From Phaeosaccion multiseriatum (Eukaryota > Protista > Ochrophyta, other classes): DNA of 64,000 nt. A program made the position numbers and the translations under genes. This document shows positions 10,688-26,873 of the stretch, piece by piece. Location of the stretch: assembly GCA_965112735.1 (NCBI GenBank), contig OZ218950.1, positions 1,116,001 through 1,180,000 of the forward strand. The letters are read 5' to 3'. Position 1 is the stretch's first letter, and the number at the start of each line of letters is the position of its first letter. The notes below the pieces were generated by a model that was not told where the DNA came from, ran no database searches, and saw only the letters and a program-made list of their open reading frames with translations.

Positions 10688-13048
10688 TGTGTCTGTGTGT
10701 CGGTGTATCTCTATCAGGCCACCGTACAATCCCCTACAGCAGATTCTTCAGGTACTTTCTACCTTACTTCCTTTCTGCTTACGCGCGGGGATCGGGTGTG
10801 ATTGTGTGAATAGGCAATGACCGGGTAACGAAAGATGAGTCCTTGGCGTAACTCTCCTCCTGCCTTCGTCTTCCCTCTCCCCTACAACAACACCAACACC
10901 AATCCTGACCAAAGGTACTGGAGGAAGAGATCCCTCTCATCACCTACGACGGCTGGGGCACCCTCGTCCCACCCCACACAGGGGAGCACGCCGGCAGCGG
11001 CTCTGACCCCAAACGTATCGGAGAAGACTATTTTAAGTTCCGAACCGGGCCCACTGACTTCAGAGACACCGTTCTGCGGCCGCTCGGGGGGGACGTGGCG
11101 GCGGACGAGTTTGACGCCTTGTTGGCGCTGTGCCAACCGCTGGTGGAGGCATCTGCTGCCATCCCGCCCTTTGCTCTCCGTGCGGACAAATGGATGGCCC
11201 TCACTATGCTGCCGTACTTGCCTCAGTTGTTGCAAGTGGCGCCTCTGGCAGACGAGCTCAATGGGCCCTTCTCGGCTGTCATGGACAAGGTGGGTGGGTG
11301 GAGGGGTGGAGGGAGCAGCAGGTGACAGAAGAGGGCTCTTCTCAGCTTTTCATTTTTACTAACGCAGAGCAGAAGCTTTCCACGAGCGCTGAGCTGTGAC
11401 CTGAGTTAGTGAGTGAGTGAGTGAGTGAGTTAGTGAGTGAGTGAGTGAGTGAGTTGTGGAAGCAGCGAATCATACTATGCGTGCACGTACCCCCACCCAC
11501 CCCTGCTCTGTGTCTCTACCCCCTCTCTCTCTTGTCGTTCCCAGGTGCCTATTACCAGCAAGATCCTCCGCGACTGGCTGGACTTTCTCGCCTTCGCCCT
11601 GAGCGGGCTCAAGGCCGACGCCACGGTGTGTGCAGCAATGGCATATACCATGGGAGACCTCCATCGAGAAGGCGCTGTGCTCGAGTATCCGGAGGGAGGC
11701 GGAGGGGCCATTATTGATGCGCTTGTGCGGGCCTTTACCAAGTTCGGAGGCGAGTTGCGCCTACGTACTCACATTGAGAACATTGAAGTGGAGGAGGGGA
11801 AGGCGGTGGGAGTGAGGCTGCGTGGTAAGGCAGGAGGAGGAGGAGGAGAAGCAGGGGGCGGGGGTAATGTGTTGAGGGCGAAGAAGGGGGTGGTATCGAA
11901 CGCCTCGGTATGGGATACCATGAAACTTATTCCGGAGTTCGAAGTCAGCAAGGGTGGGAAGGAAGGGGAGGAGGAGGTGGAGGAGGAGGTGGCTAAGCAG
12001 CACCAGCGCCCACCGTCATCACCACCACCAGCAGCAGGTGGTGATACAGCAGTCGCACCTGTCATTCCCTCGGACTTTCGCGAGGAGGCGAATGCTGTCC
12101 CGGCCACCATGAGCTTCATGCACCTTCACTTGGGTTTGGAAGGCTTAGACTTACCCGAGGGGACAGAGCCGCACCACACTGTCATCAACGACTGGGACGA
12201 TACCTTGGGTGAGCTAAACATGATGGCTGTCTCCATCCCCACGCTCCTGGACCCGTCGTTGGCACCCGAGGGATGTCATGTGGTGCATGCGTACGCAGCG
12301 GCCAATGAGGAGTGGGGCCCGTGGGAGGGGCTGGACAGGAGGAGCGACGAGTACAAGAAGCTAAAGGAGGAGAGAGCAGAAGCACTGTGGAAGGCAGTAG
12401 GTGAGTTGTGGGACGGAACCTCTCCCTCTTCTCTTCCCCCACCCACACCCACGCACACACACACGCATCCACTCACTCACACACCCAACCCACCCTCACG
12501 GACGGTGGACGGGTTTGAAGAGAGGGTATTGGGTGTGCAAGGTGATGATGTGTTTTTTGCCGAAGAGGACGCTACTTTCCTTTTATCCTACCGGAGATGT
12601 AGTGCACGACTCCTTCGTCCTTCGCATGCATCCATATATATGTATATCGCTATAGTCGATATTTGATACGAAGTCAATATACTGCCGGTGAAACTCCCCT
12701 CGCCCCATGTAAACCCCCCCCCCCTCTTCTCGTCGCTACCTCACCTCACCCTCACCCTCTGCAACAGAGCGCATCATCCCGGATGCGCGGTCCCGTGTGC
12801 GTACGAAGCTCGAAGGGAGCCCCCTCACGCATGCAAGGTTCCTACGGAGAAGCTTTGGATCGTACGGCCCAGGCTATCGAGCGGGAGAGAAGCTCTTTCC
12901 CCAGCCAAACTATGTGCCGCTCCCAGGCCTCCTTTGTTGCGGAGACAGCGTCTTCCCAGGGATAGGCGTGCCTGCCGTGGCTGTCTCCGGGGCATGTGCT
13001 GCGAATACTTTGCTTCCAGCGTGGAAACAGCTGGCCATGTTCAGATGA
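9959..13048 (+). CDS. Plastid-targeted carotenoid isomerase (CRTISO)-like / phytoene-desaturase-family FAD oxidoreductase, about 6 exons
   Basis: Rossmann motif IIGAGIGGL...GG.AHSF..DGF.FDSGPS, then YPEGGGGAIIDALV, SFMHLHLG, GSPLTHARFLRR..GSYGP and CGDSVFPGIGVPAVA.SG. The N-terminal signal ends ASA-W. Confidence 0.9.
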
Positions 13049-13658
13049 CACCACCCGAGCTACGAAATGGACTTGCGTACCGTACCGTACCGTACCGTAC
13101 CGTACCGTACCCCTCTCTGACTCGCTAATCAGTACTTATGAAGACGGGTGGTGCACACGGGTATGAAGCAGAGAAGGGGAGAAGCTTTCTGGCTGTGGTA
13201 AAGGAGGGCAGGCACTGACCGGTTGTGAAAAGAATAATATGCACCGCATACTCAAACCCACTCAAGCTCCTGACCTGGCTGTAGTTGGCACCCGAGGACT
13301 CACCCCTCCCCCCGCTTGCGATGAAACGCAACCCAACCCTGAGATACATACACCCACCTGCACAAACACAGCGATTAAACACCTCTGCTGTGCCTATTTT
13401 ACTCCACTGGAGGTGCGACCTGACGTCTCTATTCTTATTTATTGATTTATAAGTACGTATATAAATACCTGATCAATACGCTTGTCTTTTCACGATGCGA
13501 TTTTTAAACCTTTTTGTTGTATAGTCACTGAAGGGGGCACATACCGTAATCAGTAAAGAGTACACCGCCTCCAACCAGCACAAAATACTTGCTCTTGTTT
13601 GCTTCCTTTCGTCTCGGTAAGGAGGAGCAGGAGCGACACTCTTCCATGTTAGGCAACT

Positions 13659-14684
13659 TCAACAAAAGTCTCCCAGTGTCCCCTCTTCCTCCTCCTCCGC
13701 AGGCTGCTGCTGGTCAAGCTTCTCCAGCGCAGTCGCTTGGGAATCGTCACCAGAGCTGCTGCTACCGAGATCCTTCGCTGCGCTTTTGCTTTGGATGTAG
13801 TGGCTGATGATGCTGCAGCTCGCGTTGCTTCTCAGCAAGGGACAGGGGCGCTCGGGCATCGACGCTACCCCAATCAGCGGCTCTGATAGTGTGCGCCTCC
13901 GTTGCATTAGCCCCTCCTCGGCCTCCCGTCGGCGCTCTTGCAGGGCCTCTCTCGAAGGTCGACGACCTGCTGATGCGGAGGGGGGTTGAGCAGCCGCAGC
14001 GACACTGTTCCCACAACACCACGTCCCCGACGAGCGAGAAATGATTCTTGGTGCTATTCGTGCTGCTACTGTTGATGGTGTCGTTGTCGTTGTTGTTGGT
14101 GTTGTTGGTGTTGGTGTTGTTGTTGTTGTTGTTGCTGCTGTTGTTGTTCTCGTTCTTATTGCTGAGGGGAGTGTTGGAAAGAGTGCACCAGCAGCAGCCG
14201 CCTCAAGACGGCGCTTCCTCGTCGGCTTCTTCGCCGGCAAGAAGCTCTCTACTTTTGGCTCACCACTGCTGGTGCGACCTCTCCTGCTGCACCAACCGAA
14301 CCGGCCCCGAGACGGTCTCGCGGCGTTGACCGCGTCCATCTCTGGGGCTGCTAGCCGCTTTCGGGGGAAGAAATACGCAACGTATCTTGCGTCGTCGTCA
14401 AAAGGAGTGGGCGCTGCTGAAGGGCCCGGCCGTACCTTGCTGTGAGCCCGGGACCTGCTGGGCTCCTGGCTATCTGGGTGCCACTGCTCGCGCTGCTGCA
14501 GTCCCCCTGGCACCATTGCTGCCTCGGTGATGTTGCCTGCTGCACTGCATCTCCCGTTGAGGTTACCCAACCGTGACATCCCTGCTGTTGTTCGGGAGGG
14601 GGGCACTCTATGCTTCATTCCTGAAGTGCAACGCGACTGCGGCACCACCATGCCTGTGTCTGCATCCGCATTCCCTCCAGCCAT
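13659..14684 (-). CDS. Hypothetical protein, orphan paralogue A (intronless, 341 aa)
   Basis: Open frame sharing the blocks PFDDDARY.AYFFP, RRPSREALQERRREAEEGLMQRRRTLSEPLIG and MPERPCPLLRSNASCSIISHYIQSK with the ORF at 16629-17678. Confidence 0.6.
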   Translation of the reverse strand: MAGGNADADTGMVVPQSRCTSGMKHRVPPSRTTAGMSRLGNLNGRCSAAGNITEAAMVPGGLQQREQWHPDSQEPSRSRAHSKVRPGPSAAPTPFDDDARYVAYFFPRKRLAAPEMDAVNAARPSRGRFGWCSRRGRTSSGEPKVESFLPAKKPTRKRRLEAAAAGALFPTLPSAIRTRTTTAATTTTTTPTPTTPTTTTTTPSTVAARIAPRIISRSSGTWCCGNSVAAAAQPPSASAGRRPSREALQERRREAEEGLMQRRRTLSEPLIGVASMPERPCPLLRSNASCSIISHYIQSKSAAKDLGSSSSGDDSQATALEKLDQQQPAEEEEEGTLGDFC

Positions 14685-15074
14685 GCTGAGGACTGTGGAC
14701 TGTGTGTGTGGGGGGGGGGCGAACTACATCAGAGCTTACGGGCAAGACTATGTGTATCTTTTTCCCCCGAGTCGGTTGGGAGCCTGTAACGTAAAACGTT
14801 ACAAAGGCAAGTAGTCCCCCAAAAAAAAAAAAAAAAAAAAACCTTTTTTCCATTTGTTTTACACACTCGCTACCCAGCCCAGTTGTACAGCACCTCCCCC
14901 ATGCTCCTCCTCAGCCATACCTGCCCTCCAAAGAGCCGAAACTGTCGTATCTCTCTTCCCCCCACCACAGAGATGATACCACGCTCAAACTCTTGTAGCA
15001 CCTACCCGCCAAGGAAGTGTAGAAGTATGAGCTCGTGCACATTGCGTGACAACACCAACAACATAAAGGCTTTT

Positions 15075-16232
15075 TTTGGATGAGGACATCGTTTTCATCG
15101 CGTACGGCTGGCGCACACCCTAACCCCACTCTAACTTCTACGGGGGAGCACCGGCGTTCCGACCCCCAAACGCATCGCACAAGGCTATTCTTTTGAAGTG
15201 ACCGACTCCGTGCTGGAGCCGCTCGAGCAGCACAGGTGCACGAGATCCCGCCCTTCGTCCTCTGCGCGAACAAGTGGATGGCCCTCGCTCACCAAGAAGG
15301 GCGGACGAGCTCAACAGACCATTCTCGGCGGTCATGGACGAGGTGGGTGGATGGGTGGAGGGGAGCGAGCAGCAGGAGACAGAGAGCGAGGAGGCTCTTC
15401 TCTGCTTTCCGTTGTACTGGGCAGAGCTGATGTTGTTGGTGGTGGTGGCTGGTGGTGGTGGCAGTGTACGTGTGTCAAGTGGTCAGTCACACATGCCGGG
15501 AGAGGGGTCTGCATGAGGACTGACAGGGGTAAGTGGCTGAGTGAGTGGTGGAAGTAGCGAATCAATCTATATGCTCAAGTACTCCGTTCCACCCCACCCC
15601 TGCCCATTGTCTCCACCCCGTCCCCCCACCCGCTCTCGTCCTTAGGTGCCCGTTACCAGCAAGCTCCTTCGCGACTGTATCAGGTTTCCGGAGCGGGAAG
15701 GGAGCAAGAGTATGGAGGAAGAGCAAGAATGAGGAACAGGAACAGGAGGAGGAGGAGGAACAGGAGGAGGAGGAGGAGGAGGAGGAGGAGGAGGAGGAGG
15801 AGGAGGAGAAGAAGGAGGAGGGGGCAAGTGGGGACACTCTGTGCTGGGAGGGCAGCTCGTGAAACCCGCACGACGACGACGACGACGAGGAGCAAGAATG
15901 AGGGGGAGAACGAGGAGGAGGAGCAGCAGTAGCACCAGCAGCAGAAGGAGCAGGCGAAGCAGCAGCAATAGCGGCAGTAATTTCCTTCGGACTTTCGCGA
16001 AGAGGTGAAGGCTGGGTGTACGAAGCTCGAAGTGAGCCCTCTCACGCACACCACGGTCCTGCGGAGAAGCTTTGGATCGCATAGCCCCGGCTTTCGAGCG
16101 GGAGAGAAGCTCTTTCCCCAGCCCACTGCTTGCCCCTGCCTGGCCTCCTTGCGGTGGAGACAGCGTCTTCCCAAGGGGCCTGCAGCCAAGGTTTTGCCTC
16201 GTGCATGGTAACAGCTTGTCATGTTCAGATGG
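15075..16232 (+). pseudogene. Degraded duplicate of the 3' part of the CRTISO-like gene
   Basis: Collinear matches to 10920-13048 include an intron (e.g. 15246 vs 11161, 15644 vs 11543, 15982 vs 12065, 16017-16230 vs 12800-13047), with large deletions and frameshifts. Confidence 0.85.
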
Positions 16233-16628
16233 AACATAATATACTTTTGCTGGATAATTCACTGTGCATCTCTCTCCCTCTTGACTTCTTGCAACTTCTT
16301 ACTGACGGATTCTTCTTGTACAGTACCGGTACCCGAGGAGCTTTCTGGTAAAGGCGGGCAGGCACTGGGTGTAAAATGACTAATATGGACCGCATACTCA
16401 AACCCACTCACTCGTCTCATCACTATTGACCTGCCCGTAGTTGGTTCGCGAGGACTCGTGTGAGTGTGTCAGCAGGTGCCACCCTCCCCTCTCTCTTCTT
16501 GGGATGACGAGTACAATCCAACCCTGAGACACAGATGCACCAACACACTGTGCAGTGCCAATTGAACCGGGGCGAGGTAGGGACGCATGAAACGATATGT
16601 GCTGACGTCTCATTATTAGTTCGAAGTA

Positions 16629-17678
16629 CTACATCATGCATTGTATTGGCACTCTAACTCTGACATGGCTTCCGACACACGCGAATCCTCGACTCTTTTG
16701 CAGGTGCATGCCGTCATGTGTATACCGCTCCCAATCAACCAGCTCCTCTGCTTCCGTGCTTTCGGCTTGGGTGGCAGGAGGCGCAGGCGCAGTACTGCTC
16801 AATTGCGGGGAGCTGTAATCACAGTATGACACTGTCTCCTCTCCCTCTTCCGCAGGCTGATGGTGGCCAACCTTCTCCAGCTCGGTCGCTCGGGAAGCGT
16901 CGTCGTCGTGGCTGCTGCTGAGATGCTTCACTGCGTTTTTGCTTTGAATGTAGTGGCTGATGATGCTGCAGCTCGCGTTGCTTCTCAGCAAGGGACAGGG
17001 GCGCTCGGGCATCCGCGTGGTGCCAGTGCTGCTGCGGAGCCCAATCAGCGGCTCTGATAGTGTGCGCCTCCGTTGCATTAGCCCCTCCTCGGCCTCCCGT
17101 CGGCGCTCTTGCAGTGCCTCTCTCGAAGGTCGACGACTTGATGGGGGGGTGGGCCGAGCAGCCGCATCGTTTTTGTTGGCAGAACGTGCCTTCGTGGAGC
17201 TTTTCGTGCACGACGGCTCTGAACGAGTTCTTGCTGTTGCTGGTCTTGTTGCTCTTATTCTTGTTGCTGTGGGGACCGTTGGAAAGAGTGCACCGGCAGC
17301 GGTCGCGCCAAGACGGCGCTTCCTCGTCCGGAAGAAGCTCCCTACTGAATGGTTTGAAACTTCGGCTCCAGGTGCTCCGCATTCTACTGGTGTTGCCGGC
17401 GGCCCAGCGGCGGGACGATCGCCACCACTCTTCCTACGACCACGTCTGCTGGGAACACTCCTCCTGCATCGCCGGAGCCACGTCAACACCAGAGAGGGTC
17501 TCACGTCGTGGACCTCCTCCTCCATCTTTTGGGGGAAGAAATACGCCATGTACCTTGCGTCGTCATCGAAAGGAGTGGGTGGTGAAGAACACGGCAGGGG
17601 CATGTTGCGAGCGCGGGTCCTGCTCGGGCTGTGCTGCTGGCAGCAGCGCTCCCGCTGCCGCTGTCCCCCTGGCGCCAT
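16629..17678 (-). CDS. Hypothetical protein, orphan paralogue B (349 aa)
   Basis: Paralogue of 13659-14684; the frame is preserved despite many indels. Confidence 0.6.
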   Translation of the reverse strand: MAPGGQRQRERCCQQHSPSRTRARNMPLPCSSPPTPFDDDARYMAYFFPQKMEEEVHDVRPSLVLTWLRRCRRSVPSRRGRRKSGGDRPAAGPPATPVECGAPGAEVSNHSVGSFFRTRKRRLGATAAGALFPTVPTATRIRATRPATARTRSEPSCTKSSTKARSANKNDAAARPTPPSSRRPSREALQERRREAEEGLMQRRRTLSEPLIGLRSSTGTTRMPERPCPLLRSNASCSIISHYIQSKNAVKHLSSSHDDDASRATELEKVGHHQPAEEGEETVSYCDYSSPQLSSTAPAPPATQAESTEAEELVDWERYTHDGMHLQKSRGFACVGSHVRVRVPIQCMM

Positions 17679-18174
17679 TGCTTCAGTTCAGTTCCGTGTG
17701 TGGTCTTAATTTCTTCTCCTCTTCACGAGATTCCAACGCGGCTGGTACTCGATAAGGGAGGGCGACACCTTCCTCGCCTTTTCTCCTGGTGAAGCACAAC
17801 ACTTATGCCAGGCTCAGAGCCTGTCTCTTCTTTGCCTGTAGCTCTTTCTGAGGGGGGGGTGGATGGAAATGTTGTTGGAAGTGAGCAAGAATAGGGCGGG
17901 GGGAGAGGAGCACGACGTGAGGTCGGGGGACGTGGAAGCGAGGGAAAACAACGAGGAGAAAATGGGCGGGCGGAGCCGGGCGGAGCTTCAACGTCGAACT
18001 CCTCCCAGAAGGGGAAAATGTGCAGAAGGCCACAAAAACGCAGGAAACGGCAAATGAAACCGTTACAGGGTGGGCCCCAAGAAAAAGAAATAAAGCGCGG
18101 CTACTGCACGATGAACGCGAAGAAAATACGTTGAGCCGCGTTTGAACGGCACGGCGGTGGAGTTGGATGCGAAA

Positions 18175-18412
18175 TCGGCCCTGGAAGAGGTTATCAGATT
18201 ACTGATTACGGCCGGCGCAGCCGGCCTGATTACTGATTACTGCCGGCGCCAGCCGGCCTGATTACTGATTATGGCGCCAGCCGGGCCTGATTACTGATTA
18301 TGGCCGGCGCCAGCCGGGTCTGATTACTGATTATGACCGGCGCCAGCCGGCCTGATTACCGTCCTGATTAGTGATTATGACCGGCGCACACTGTAACCTC
18401 TTCCAGGGCCGA
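18175..18412. mobile_element. MITE, 238 bp, with 19-bp TIRs and a 6-bp target-site duplication
   Basis: TCGGCCCTGGAAGAGGTTA (18175-18193) has its exact reverse complement at 18394-18412. GCGAAA flanks both sides (18169-18174, 18413-18418). The interior is about 6 copies of a ~32-bp unit. Confidence 0.85.
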
Positions 18413-18880
18413 GCGAAACGAACTCAGCTTTCATGGCTTTGTCAAAATAATCAACAATCTGGTGGGGTTGCATTTTGCATATATAAAAAGCGTGCGCGGC
18501 CTCCTGCCGACTCACCGCACACGATTACGATTGGCTACCATCGGCTACCATCGGTTGGTTACCAACCGTCCCCTCCCTCCCCCTCCTCCCCGCCCCTCCT
18601 CGTCTATACGGTGCAAATGTCCTATAAAGAAAGAGATAAAAAGAGTGAAGGCAGGCAGACAAGACAGGAGCCACGCCCCCTCGTGCGTCGCCTCATTCCT
18701 CATTCCTCATTCCGCCTTCACACCCGCCTGCCATCCGCCTTCACACCCCTCACGTCAGCACGAGCGCATGCTTACTGCTTCTACGACTGACTACCAAGCC
18801 ATGACACAAACACAAACATGCCCCTCCCTTCCTCCCTCCCTCCCCCCCCCCCCACCCTCTAGCCTCTAGTAGTAACGGCT

Positions 18881-23626
<4,746 letters not shown>

Positions 23627-23822
23627 GATGGAGCAACCTGGTCGTCAACCTCTTCTTCTACAGAGACAATCGAGCTGCCACGATGCCCGAGGGGAAGGCG
23701 CCGCACACACGCACACACACCCCCTCGGGAATATCCCGTGGATACAAACCGCGTCGCTGAACAACGAGAAGACTCTGAAAAATAGAGAAAGGAGAGTTTG
23801 TAATAACCTTAGTGCATACAAG
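23627..23822. promoter_or_regulatory. Putative bidirectional promoter between the F1 beta and F1 delta genes
   Basis: Only 196 bp separate the two divergent start codons. Confidence 0.7.
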
Positions 23823-25846
23823 ATGCTCTCCCTTGTTGCCCGAAGAACTGCTGCGAGTGTGGCCAGACCGTCCCTCAATGTCGTCGGCACGGCAAGGTAC
23901 GTTGGTAAAACGCAACGCTGCCGAAGAGAGGAGCGAGGAAGGGCAGGGAGCAAGAGGGAGGAATGAAGACGAGGAGGAGGATGAGGAGGAGGGGAAACCC
24001 AGCTGCAAGCAACTGCTATACCAATGTCGTTGCGAGGGTTACTGCCCCTCCGAAGATCCTTTGCTTCCTCGGTGCGGCGAGAGTAGGGAAGGGGGAAGGC
24101 TCTGGAACCGAAATGGGATAGGGGATTGGGGACGGGGGAAAGTGGGCGTGAGAGAGGGCTGTGCAGTAGTGGCCGAGCAGCTGAGGAGCTGAACATCATC
24201 CTCGCCGAAGATCTCCTCCGTTGGTTTGGAGTGGATTGGGGCAGTGGCAAACCCATTGAGTAGCCATGAAGGGGGGAGGGATGAAGAAGGGGAGGTGGGG
24301 TTTACAGAGGAATGCGTTTCACTTTGCTCGACCTGCTCATCCGCGACTTCTCTCTGCTTCTACTGCTACTGCTACTGCTGCCGTACCAGTTGGCGTGCCA
24401 TGTCCGAGGCAGCCGCCCCTGTCACAGACAAGGTTAAGCTCAACTTCTGCCTCCCGCACGAGGCCATCTACTCAAATACCTCGGTAGAGTCGGTAAGTGC
24501 ATGTTTGTGTTGGAAACTGGCTCTCTGTATGTATGAATACTGGGCAAGAACGACCTGCGTAGGTGTGCAATCACAAGTTTCCGTCCACCACGGCCTGTGG
24601 TTTTGTCTGTGCTCCTCGTCTCCCCTTGCCTCCTTTGCCCCTCCTTGATGACCCATGTCTCCTTCGCGTCTCCTTGATAAAGGTCATCATCCCGGGCCTT
24701 GCCGGCGAGTACGGAATCACAGCAGGTCACAGCCCGATCGTGGCGGAGCTGAAGGCGGGGGTGGTGCAAATTATTCACGAGACCGGCAAGGTACGTGCGT
24801 GCCACGGCAGGCAGAGGCAGGGGCTGAGGCATGGTGAGGTCAGCCAGAGGGGAGGGGGGGGGGGATGAAACGGCACTGAAGAGGAGAGAGAATGCTACTG
24901 AGCGTAGAATGAAGCGGAGGCACGGAAAGGAGAGGGAGTGGCATAGTGTCATGTCATCGTGTGGGCTGCGCAGCCTTGGAGTGACGGACGCCAGAAGCAA
25001 CGGGGCAGGGCATGAAGAATGTCTGTATGGTTGGGGGGGGGGGGGGGGTGCTTGACACACAGCTCAGATCCATTGTTGATGAATGCTTGTATTGTAGAGA
25101 GAGGGCGGGGTTGATGCCTACAGCGCAAGACTTGCTTCCTCATTCACGTGGCCTGTTTTGCTTATGCTCTGCCCCTCACTCCTCCTCTGCCTCTCTCTCC
25201 TCCTCTCCATGCCACTGCCGCCGCCGCCGCCGCCGCTGCTGCTGCTGCTGCTGCTGCTACTGCGTGGGTGTCCTCCAGGACCCTGAAAAGTTCTTCGTAT
25301 CAGCAGGCTTTGCATTGACGCACAGCAACAGCGTGACTGACATTACTGCCATTGAGGCGGTGAGGCTGGACGAGATTGACGACGCTGCGGTCAAGACGGC
25401 TTACTCAACGGCACAAGCTGCCTTCAACGCCGCTCCGGAGGGAGGCAAGGAGAAGGCAGAGGCACAGGTGCGCACAGGGGTGAGGGAGAGAGTATGAAAA
25501 GAGACTAAGACAGAGGGGAGAGAGTAAGAGAGAGGCAGAGAGAGAAGGGGTTTGTCAGAGAACCAAGAAGTGGATGTAAAGTGTGTTCGGTTTCGTGGGT
25601 TGGGAAGAGGCGAAGAGGGGCTAAGTGAACTCTTTTGCCTCTTTCTCGGCATGCAGCTCCTACTCGGCGGGCGGCCGGTGCGCGTCTCCCTCCAATTTGA
25701 GTTTGACTGACCCCTTGTCCATTCTCTCTGCCCCTTCTCTGTCCTATTGTTCGTTCGTTCGTCCGTCGGTGTTTCTGTTTTGGGGCTTGCAGGTAGCAAT
25801 GGAGTGCGCAACGGCAATGGCGGCGGCCGTCGGAACCTCAGTCTAG
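23823..25846 (+). CDS. ATP16: Mitochondrial ATP synthase F1 delta subunit, 5 exons
   Basis: Presequence MLSLVARRTAASVAR, then KLNFCLPHEAIY, VIIPGLAGEYGITAGHSPIVAELKAGVV and KFFVSAGFA...ITAIEAV, with a C-terminal helical hairpin. Confidence 0.93.
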
Positions 25847-26753
25847 AGCGCCAGGTCAGGGAGGAGCGGAGGAGATGGGAGAGGGGGAGGGTAGAGTTAG
25901 CAGGAGAGGCCGATGAGCCCGCGGGGCGACAGGAGTAGCAGCGACAACAACAACAGCAGCAGAAGCAGCAGCAGCAGCAGCAGCAGCAGGAGTAGCAGCA
26001 GCAGCGACAGCGGCGAAGAGCAGTGCAATCGGGCGGATTTTGGTTGAGCTTAGAGGAGAGGAGTGTTTATAATAGCATCGGGGTCTTTTTTTTTTTAGAA
26101 AATGAACGATCTCTTTACTGGGCTCTCTCGCGTGCTCTGTGGTCATTGTCAATTGCGTGCTTTCGGCCCCCTACTTGTAGGCCACCCGGCTTTGCTTTTA
26201 CCCTCTCTCGACTTTCCGAGCCGAAGGGCTTGCCGAGCCGAGCGCCAGTGGCTCCCCTAGACCGCTCACTTAAATCAAATAGGCCTAGGGCCCAAGCCGC
26301 TTACACGCCGAGAGCCTCGGCTATATCTACCAGTAGGCCAGCCATTTTCTGAAATAATAAGCCGAGCTATGATAGTACGGACTGGAGGGGGGGTGGCTGG
26401 CTTGGGACACAGTTCGGCGTCAACATATTGGAAACAGACGGGCCGCACAGCGATTTTTTGGGGAGGGCGGGCTGGGCGCCAGAGAGGATATAGAAAACCA
26501 CAGCGTGCGACAAGGAGGTGCTAGGAGCAGCAGCGGAAGGGAGGGGAGTGCAGAAGGGGCCAGAGCAGGTATGTGCCGGGTTGGAATCGGCTGGGAGGAG
26601 TGGTGGCGTCCGCTCCACACTTGTCTGGAGTTGGACACGATCACGAGCGGCTGTTCGGTTGAAGCGTGCTCTGGCCCTCTGTTGTGCCCACCGCGGTGCC
26701 GCGGTGCCTTTGCATGGGTTACGACAGGGTGGGAAAACAGTGGCCACTCCACA

Positions 26754-26873
26754 CGACCGTCACTTGCCCTCTCTCTCTCTGGGTCGAGGTAGGATCCCTT
26801 CGCCTACACAAATTGGCCGAGAGATCCTAATTTTTGGAAGCGATGTCGGCATTGGGCTTGCTTACTGCCATCG
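26754..26873 (+). ncRNA. Candidate Sm-class small nuclear RNA (family unresolved)
   Basis: Stem-loop closed by TAGGATC/GATCCTA (26790-26829), then an Sm-like AATTTTTGG (26829-26837), then a further hairpin (26841-26873), in intergenic DNA. Confidence 0.25.

Noticed and set aside
18197-18390. CRISPR-like palindromic repeats
   Set aside because: The units are contiguous with no unique spacers and there are no cas genes. They lie inside a TIR/TSD-bounded MITE in eukaryotic DNA.
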